From Octopus sinensis (lineage: Eukaryota), in assembly GCF_006345805.1 (NCBI RefSeq), contig NW_021826383.1, positions 1 to 12,989 on the forward strand: a stretch of DNA of 12,989 bases, given 5' to 3'. Position numbers and translations under genes: made by a program. Positions 7,825 to 12,989 of this stretch are shown here, piece after piece (within the stretch, counting starts at the first letter, position 1; each line of letters begins with the position of its first letter). A model generated the notes under the pieces. That model was not told the origin of the DNA. It saw only the letters and a program-made list of their open reading frames with translations, and ran no database searches.

Positions 7825-7989
7825 CGACGGGCTTCTTTCAGTTTCTGCTCACCAAATTCACTCACAAGGCTTTGTTCGGACCGAGAGGCTATAGTAGAAG
7901 ACACTTGGCCAAGGTGCCACGCAATGGGACTGAGCCCGGAACCATGTGGTTTGGAAGGAAGCTTCTTACCTCACAACCACTCCTGCGTC
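7823..7989 (-). mobile_element. Family A SINE 5' half with intact head (right piece of the copy starting at 7134)
   Basis: The reverse complement reads GACGCAGGAGTGGTTGTGAGGTAAG...GGGCTCAGTCCCATTGCGTGGCACCTTGGCCAAGTGTCTT...GAAACTGAAAGAAGCCCGTCGTA, colinear with 7391-7555. Confidence 0.93.
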
Positions 7990-8099
7990 TATGTATTATA
8001 TTTGTACATACATATACATACACAGAGACCTACGCAGACAGGCACATTCAAACGCGCACACATATACACAACTATACAAACATATTTTTGTGTACGTGT

Positions 8100-8101
<2 letters not shown>

Positions 8102-8151
<50 letters not shown>
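8102..8151. repeat. Perfect (GT)25 microsatellite
   Basis: Read directly. Confidence 0.97.
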
Positions 8152-8155
<4 letters not shown>

Positions 8156-8232
8156 AAGATAATAATCAACAATCTTTATGTTGTTTACGTGTGAATTTAT
8201 TCGTTCTCAGCTGCTTGAAATAAATAAATAAG

Positions 8233-8246
8233 GAAAGAAAGAACGA

Positions 8247-8290
<44 letters not shown>

Positions 8291-8339
8291 ACGAAAGAAA
8301 GAAAGAAAGCAAGAAAGAAAGAAAGTAAGAAAGGAAGAA
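8233..8339. repeat. (GAAA)n tetranucleotide microsatellite
   Basis: Nearly pure GAAA with a few GAAC/GCAA/GTAA variants. Confidence 0.97.
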
Positions 8340-8757
8340 CACTTATTCAAGATAAAGCCAAACAAATGCAAGTTGTGTATCTGTTGTTATATTTTCTTTT
8401 CTCCCTTGTGTCAAATAAAGAAAAATAATTAGTTATTTTAGTATTTAAAACATTTGATAATTTTTTCTGTTGTCACATGTATGTTTAGTAAATATCGGGT
8501 CATTGCATCGTCGATGAAACTGTTTGAATATTGAAAACAAAAAAGTGGAGGATCAAGAGGTTGAATTGCGCAGTCGTTCATGAAAAATAAGACCCTACCG
8601 TTACGGGAGGAACGCCGTGTAATCGAGAAAAGCTTTCAATAGGATTAGACAATAAGAATAACGGAGTTATGTGGTCGGACAATTTGCTAAAAAAATACTG
8701 TGAAATAACCCACAAAACACACACTGCTATCTTAAACTAGAGAATAATGTAATTGGC

Positions 8758-8940
8758 CAGTGGTGATCAACCGGACTCCTTATGGCGATCGAGGCTCCAT
8801 ATAAGATTTTGTTGCTAAAATTTATCCAAGAATTTTTTTTACATAATTCCTAAGAATATTTAATGCTAAAACGACAATAAGATTTTTTCAAACATTGAAT
8901 GGCTAAACGGGTAAATCTGAGAAAAAAATATGAATGAAAG
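8758..8940 (+). mobile_element. Degenerate hAT-like MITE, right end not identifiable
   Basis: Left end CAGTGGTGATCAACC resembles the hAT TIR CAGTGGTTCTCAACC. Internal AATTCCTAA...TTTT.AAACAT..AATGGCTA is shared with 10695-10929. Confidence 0.6.
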
Positions 8941-8945
8941 GTAGA

Positions 8946-8947
<2 letters not shown>

Positions 8948-9040
<93 letters not shown>
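8948..9040. repeat. (TA)n microsatellite
   Basis: Read directly. Confidence 0.97.
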
Positions 9041-9043
<3 letters not shown>

Positions 9044-9110
9044 CAGTGGGTGTAATCTGAGAAAGCTTTAGAAACTATTTCTAGCAAGTCGTTTAACCAC
9101 ATAAGAATCC

Positions 9111-9638
9111 TCGATTACATCTACTCCAGTGTTTCACTAGTACTTAATTTATCGATCCCGAAAGGATGAAAGGTAAAGTCGGCCTCGGCGGAATTTGAAC
9201 TCAGAACGTAGCGACGGGCGAAATACCTATTTCTTTACTACCCACAAGGGGCTAAACATAGAGTGGATAAACAAGGACAGACAAACGGATTAAGTCGATT
9301 ATATCGGCCCCAGTGCGTAACTAGTACTTATTTAATCGACCCCGAAAGAATGATAGACAAAGTCGACCTTGGCGGAATTTGAACTCAGAACGTAACGGCA
9401 GACGAAATACCTATTTCTTTACTACCCACAAGGGGCTAGACACAGAGAGGACAGACAAGGACAAACGGATTAAGTCGATTACATCGACCCCAGTGCGTAA
9501 CTGGTACTTAATTTGTCGAACCCGACAGGATGAAAAGCAAAGTCGACCTCGGCGGAATTTGAACTCAAAACGTAACGGCAGACGAAATACGGCTACGCAT
9601 TTCGCCCGCCGTGCTAACGATTCTGCCAGCTCGCCGCC
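9111..9638 (-). mobile_element. tRNA-derived SINE family B: one head followed by three head-to-tail units (180 bp, 184 bp and a partial of about 116 bp)
   Basis: Minus-strand head GGCGGCGAGCTGGCAGAATCGTTAG (A-box 9628-9618). Units at 9590-9411, 9410-9227 and 9226-9111 each begin GTATTTCG and contain the B-box GAGTTCAAATTCC plus the central domain (in unit 3, TTTCATCCTTTCGGGATCGATAAATTAAGTAC). Confidence 0.93.
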
Positions 9639-10694
9639 TTACAGGGAGAAAATAATAAAATTATATTTTTTCTTTCGAAAATTAATATTTATTTCATCAT
9701 TTTTCTATAAGCACCAAAAAATTTTCATAAAAGTTAAAATTATAATGATTGCATGTATACCATATTTCCTGATGTTACTTAAGGTAGCAAAATTATAGCT
9801 CAGGGTTATCAGTCTTTTAATTAGAGAATTTTGGTTGGTTGTTAGTCAGACTAGAATGAGTGGTGTTCATGCCAATCTGCACTTATTAACGAAAAGCGAC
9901 TCATGAGCTACTGTAGTAGGAAGTAACACGTCCACATGTATTAGCATTCCCAAAGCGGAGAACACTATACAGAAGCTTGCTTTAGGTTCGAATCTACTAC
10001 GAGCAGTTGAGGACGGAACGGCAAGCGGTGTTAAACCGGGGCATAGAAACGGTAAGGTGTCACACTCAATATATATTTTAGGATTTCGATGAGGCGTAGC
10101 AATATTATTATCTAGCTGTCAGAATTCAAAATGTAGAGTGTCCCAGAATTAATAATCTACTTTAATGAAACCGGGCAAATTAACAAGAAAAAAAAAGAAT
10201 AAAGAGTGACAGCATTATATGTTTAATACTGGTTTATGATGTCAAAACAAATAGATTTATAAATTTTACGTGAAAATTTTATTGAAAATTTTCGATATGT
10301 GCTCCGACTGTATCTCTGCAAATTTCAAATCTATCCTTAACATTGCGAAACACATGTTGAAACATTTCAGGAATAATTTCCTGCACGGCTAACCGAATGT
10401 TTTCTGAAGTATTGCTTATCCCTGGGATGGAAGTAGAGAAAATGGTTGCAGCAAAATTTATGGAAAAAAACTGTGCAGGACAGATAAGCAGGATCCAACA
10501 GAAATGAAAAAAATTATCAAAAAAAAAATTAAACCTTTTAAAGAAAATTATAAATATTAAAATAAAATTAAAAATTTATACACTCTCAACATATATTAAA
10601 TACGATAAAATTAAGTAAAAATGAATTCTTAAAACAAATTGTCTGGTTTCACTGAAATGTAATACCTCGGATACCTTGTATTTACGAATTAAAG

Positions 10695-10929
10695 CAGTGG
10701 TTCTTAATTGGGCTCCAAAGAGCCCTTCTGGGTCCAAATAGGTTACGGTTGTTAAAATTGATCTTTAATAAATTGGTTTTATTTCTACACTTTTTTTATA
10801 CAATTCCTAATAACTTTTTAATTATGAAAATAAAATATATTTTAAAACATCAAATGGCTACAAAGAATTCATCCGAGTAAAATTGGAGTCAAAAGGGTCC
10901 AAAGGAACAAAAATGGTCGAGAAGCACCG
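10695..10929 (+). mobile_element. hAT-like MITE of 235 bp with degenerate TIRs
   Basis: Left CAGTGGTTCTTAATT and right GGTCGAGAAGCACCG both approximate CAGTGGTTCTCAACC/GGTTGAGAACCACTG. Subterminal GGGTCC motifs. The flanking 8-mers (AATTAAAG, GTGTAGAA) do not match, so no TSD is retained. Confidence 0.7.
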
Positions 10930-10943
10930 GTGTAGAAAAGGAA

Positions 10944-10983
10944 AGCGTTTAGGTTGAGGACAGCATTTAGGTTGAGGAAAGCG
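10944..10983 (+). repeat. 18-bp tandem duplication
   Basis: AGCGTTTAGGTTGAGGAC / AGCATTTAGGTTGAGGAA / AGCG. Confidence 0.85.
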
Positions 10984-11146
10984 AAATATCAATTCATAAA
11001 TGAGCAAAGAAAAGAAGGCTTTAAAATAATCTCTTTCATTAGTTTACAGCTGTTTCGGCTAAATGTAGCAATGTACGCATAGCTGAGTGATAGTGATATC
11101 TCATTGCGTCTTCGGAGCCCTTTGTTTTTGTTTGAGTGCGTGAGTG

Positions 11147-11208
11147 TATGTGTGTGCGTGTGTGTGTATGTGCGTGCGTGTGTATGTGTGTGTGCGTGAG
11201 TGTGTGTG
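11147..11208. repeat. Interrupted (TG)n microsatellite
   Basis: Read directly. Confidence 0.92.
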
Positions 11209-11476
11209 TACATTATCAGTCTTTGTCTTCTCCCCATTTTCATGTATGCATGTACATATATTCTGTTCACCAAGCCCAATGCGTCTTATCTGCTTATTTG
11301 AATCATTGACTCCATGTCTGCTCTACTAAATTTCACTTTCTGGCCAATCGACATCCGCTTCCTCGATCCTTGGTAAAGTTTCCAAACTGGGAATCGGTTG
11401 AGCGCTACAGCGTGTTTTCAATATTGAGAATCTCCCGATCTCATCTATTAGCGCCCTCCCCTCCCTCTCTCTTCCC

Positions 11477-11494
11477 CCCACCTCTATCTCTCTA

Positions 11495-11538
<44 letters not shown>
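11477..11538. repeat. Compound (CT)n-(TA)n microsatellite
   Basis: Read directly. Confidence 0.92.
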
Positions 11539-11542
<4 letters not shown>

Positions 11543-11842
11543 AGCTTGTTTTTGTCTGTACGTATATATTCTCCTCCCATTACCGAAAACTGAACAGTTA
11601 TCTCCCTTACCAACAACAATAACAATAATAACGATACCCAATTACCTCCCCTTATTTATCTACTCGTAAAGTCATTCACTCCTGAATATCATCACACACA
11701 AAATGGACAAAATTTTTTAAGAAGAAATATATATTCAAAAAAGTAAACCATAATATCATGAATAGCGATTGCAAAACCGGTCGATATGTAAAAATTATGT
11801 TAAAACTATGTAAGTGTGCGTATTTTCTTTTTTAATTCTTTT

Positions 11843-11853
11843 TATATATATAG

Positions 11854-11885
<32 letters not shown>

Positions 11886-11919
11886 TAGTATGTTATGTAT
11901 GTATGTATATATATATATC

Positions 11920-11975
<56 letters not shown>

Positions 11976-12002
11976 ACTATATAATAACAATAATAATAAT
12001 AA

Positions 12003-12041
<39 letters not shown>

Positions 12042-12075
12042 AGTAGTAGTAGTAGTAATGATAATAATGCTAATA
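11843..12075. repeat. Compound (TA)n-(AAT)n-(TAG)n microsatellite
   Basis: TA to about 11971, AAT at about 11982-12003, TAG at about 12004-12056. Confidence 0.95.
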
Positions 12076-12424
12076 ATATATCTTAAGTAACCAGAAGAGG
12101 GATTTCCTATTAATCATCATTTTGTACAACGGTCGTTTCGATGTTATTATTCCAAAACATCTCAACAGACTAAATATCATTTAATTATTAAAATTGGTAT
12201 AAACCTTTGTTAGAGGATAATGGGTTGTATAAGGGTTCTAATTCGTTAATAAAGGTTAGATAGTGAGTTACAATAAATAAAAATATCATATGAATGAGAG
12301 AATAAATACGTGAATACTTAGTTAATTCTGTGGGCAAAGTCGAAACAGCTGTAAGATAATATGCTGAATGTTTGCAGTTAATAAATTATATTAATGCTAC
12401 ATCTCCATTTTCTGAATTTTAATT

Positions 12425-12456
<32 letters not shown>

Positions 12457-12543
12457 GTTAATCCAAACATGAAAACACAACAACGCGAGGACGTGGAAGA
12501 AATATAGTATTATTGGACGCTCAGGAAAAAGGAAAGAAGGAGG

Positions 12544-12578
12544 GTTCAACGTTTCGAGCGGAGCTCTTCGTCGGAAAC
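12544..12578 (-). ncRNA. Minimal type-I hammerhead-ribozyme-like motif, variant core CCGACGA (copy 2)
   Basis: Minus strand: GTTT-CCGACGA-A-GAGC-TCC-GCTC-GAAA-CGTT-GAAC. Stem II GAGC/GCTC is perfect. Stem I GTTT/GAAC has one U-G wobble. Confidence 0.6.
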
Positions 12579-12582
12579 ATAG

Positions 12583-12650
12583 GAGAAGGAAAGATCCAGA
12601 GAAGGAAAGATCCAGAGAAGGAAAGATCCAGAGAAGGAAAGATCCAGAGA
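12583..12650 (+). repeat. 16-bp minisatellite GAGAAGGAAAGATCCA, four perfect copies plus a partial
   Basis: Units start at 12583, 12599, 12615 and 12631. Confidence 0.97.
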
Positions 12651-12693
12651 AGGGAAGACAGAGGGAAAAAATCGACAACGGTACACACGAGGT

Positions 12694-12697
<4 letters not shown>

Positions 12698-12724
<27 letters not shown>

Positions 12725-12787
12725 GTTTGTGTGTATGTGTGTGTGTGTGTGTGTTATATATATATACATATATATACATATATATAT

Positions 12788-12820
<33 letters not shown>

Positions 12821-12886
12821 GAAAGAAAGAAAGCAAGAAAGAAAAGAAAGAAAGGAAGGAAGGAAGGAAGAGAGAGAGAGAGAGAC
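12698..12886. repeat. Mixed (CA)/(TA)/(TG)/(GA)/(GAAA)/(GGAA) microsatellite tract
   Basis: Read directly. Confidence 0.92.
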
Positions 12887-12989
12887 AAATATAAACACGG
12901 AAAGAATGATGCTAATGATACGAATATGTATATGGAAAGAATGTTGCCAATTGTGAATATCAGTGATGTAATTATTCAAGTGAGTGGAC

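Larger units (their letters stand above)
12456..12697 (-). mobile_element. Hammerhead-like-motif element, copy 2, with an internal 16-bp expansion
   Basis: Inverted homolog of 6428-6642 with the same ends. (TA)n on the left and (CA)/(TA)n on the right. Confidence 0.8.

Noticed and set aside
7040-8223. ORFs containing PRSGTEPGTMW or EDTCPRC motifs recurring in the window
   Set aside because: The recurrence comes from family A SINE copies, not a protein family.
8914-9064. AATCTGAGAAA direct repeat flanking the (TA)n run, as a possible TSD
   Set aside because: 11 bp in AT-rich DNA, enclosing only a microsatellite and short flanks. No element to associate it with.
9111-9590. CRISPR-like or tRNA gene array
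   Set aside because: Units are about 180 bp homologous SINE bodies without unique spacers. The head has A/B boxes but no convincing cloverleaf. The context is eukaryotic.
9379-9798. 139-aa ORF MNSERNGRRN...
   Set aside because: Antisense reading of the family B SINE array with a TTG start, running into AT-rich flank.
12424-12979. ORFs of 94-152 aa with repeated GKIQRR or SFLLWIF
   Set aside because: Produced by the 16-bp minisatellite, the hammerhead element and microsatellites.

Overview
Repeat-dense eukaryotic non-coding DNA, most likely from an octopus. This rests on my recall of the SINE and MITE families and on the very high microsatellite load; it is not a database result. No long ORF is credible: those supplied are translations of (TG)n, (TA)n, (GATA)n or trinucleotide runs, or of SINE bodies. 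Contents: (1) several copies of a tRNA-derived CORE-type SINE with an internal microsatellite (OR1/OR2-like); (2) a second tRNA-derived SINE family, including a head-plus-three-unit tandem array; (3) two hAT-like MITE copies; (4) two inverted copies of a 215-240 bp element with shared ends that carries a minimal type-I hammerhead-ribozyme-like fold with a non-canonical CCGACGA core, the most interesting item; (5) a CpG-containing unique segment (about 1540-2640) with a CRE, two outward-facing YY1-like motifs and a possible short first coding exon on the minus strand; (6) weak traces of decayed transposase. Twice, another element sits inside the central microsatellite of a minus-strand CORE-SINE copy and splits it.
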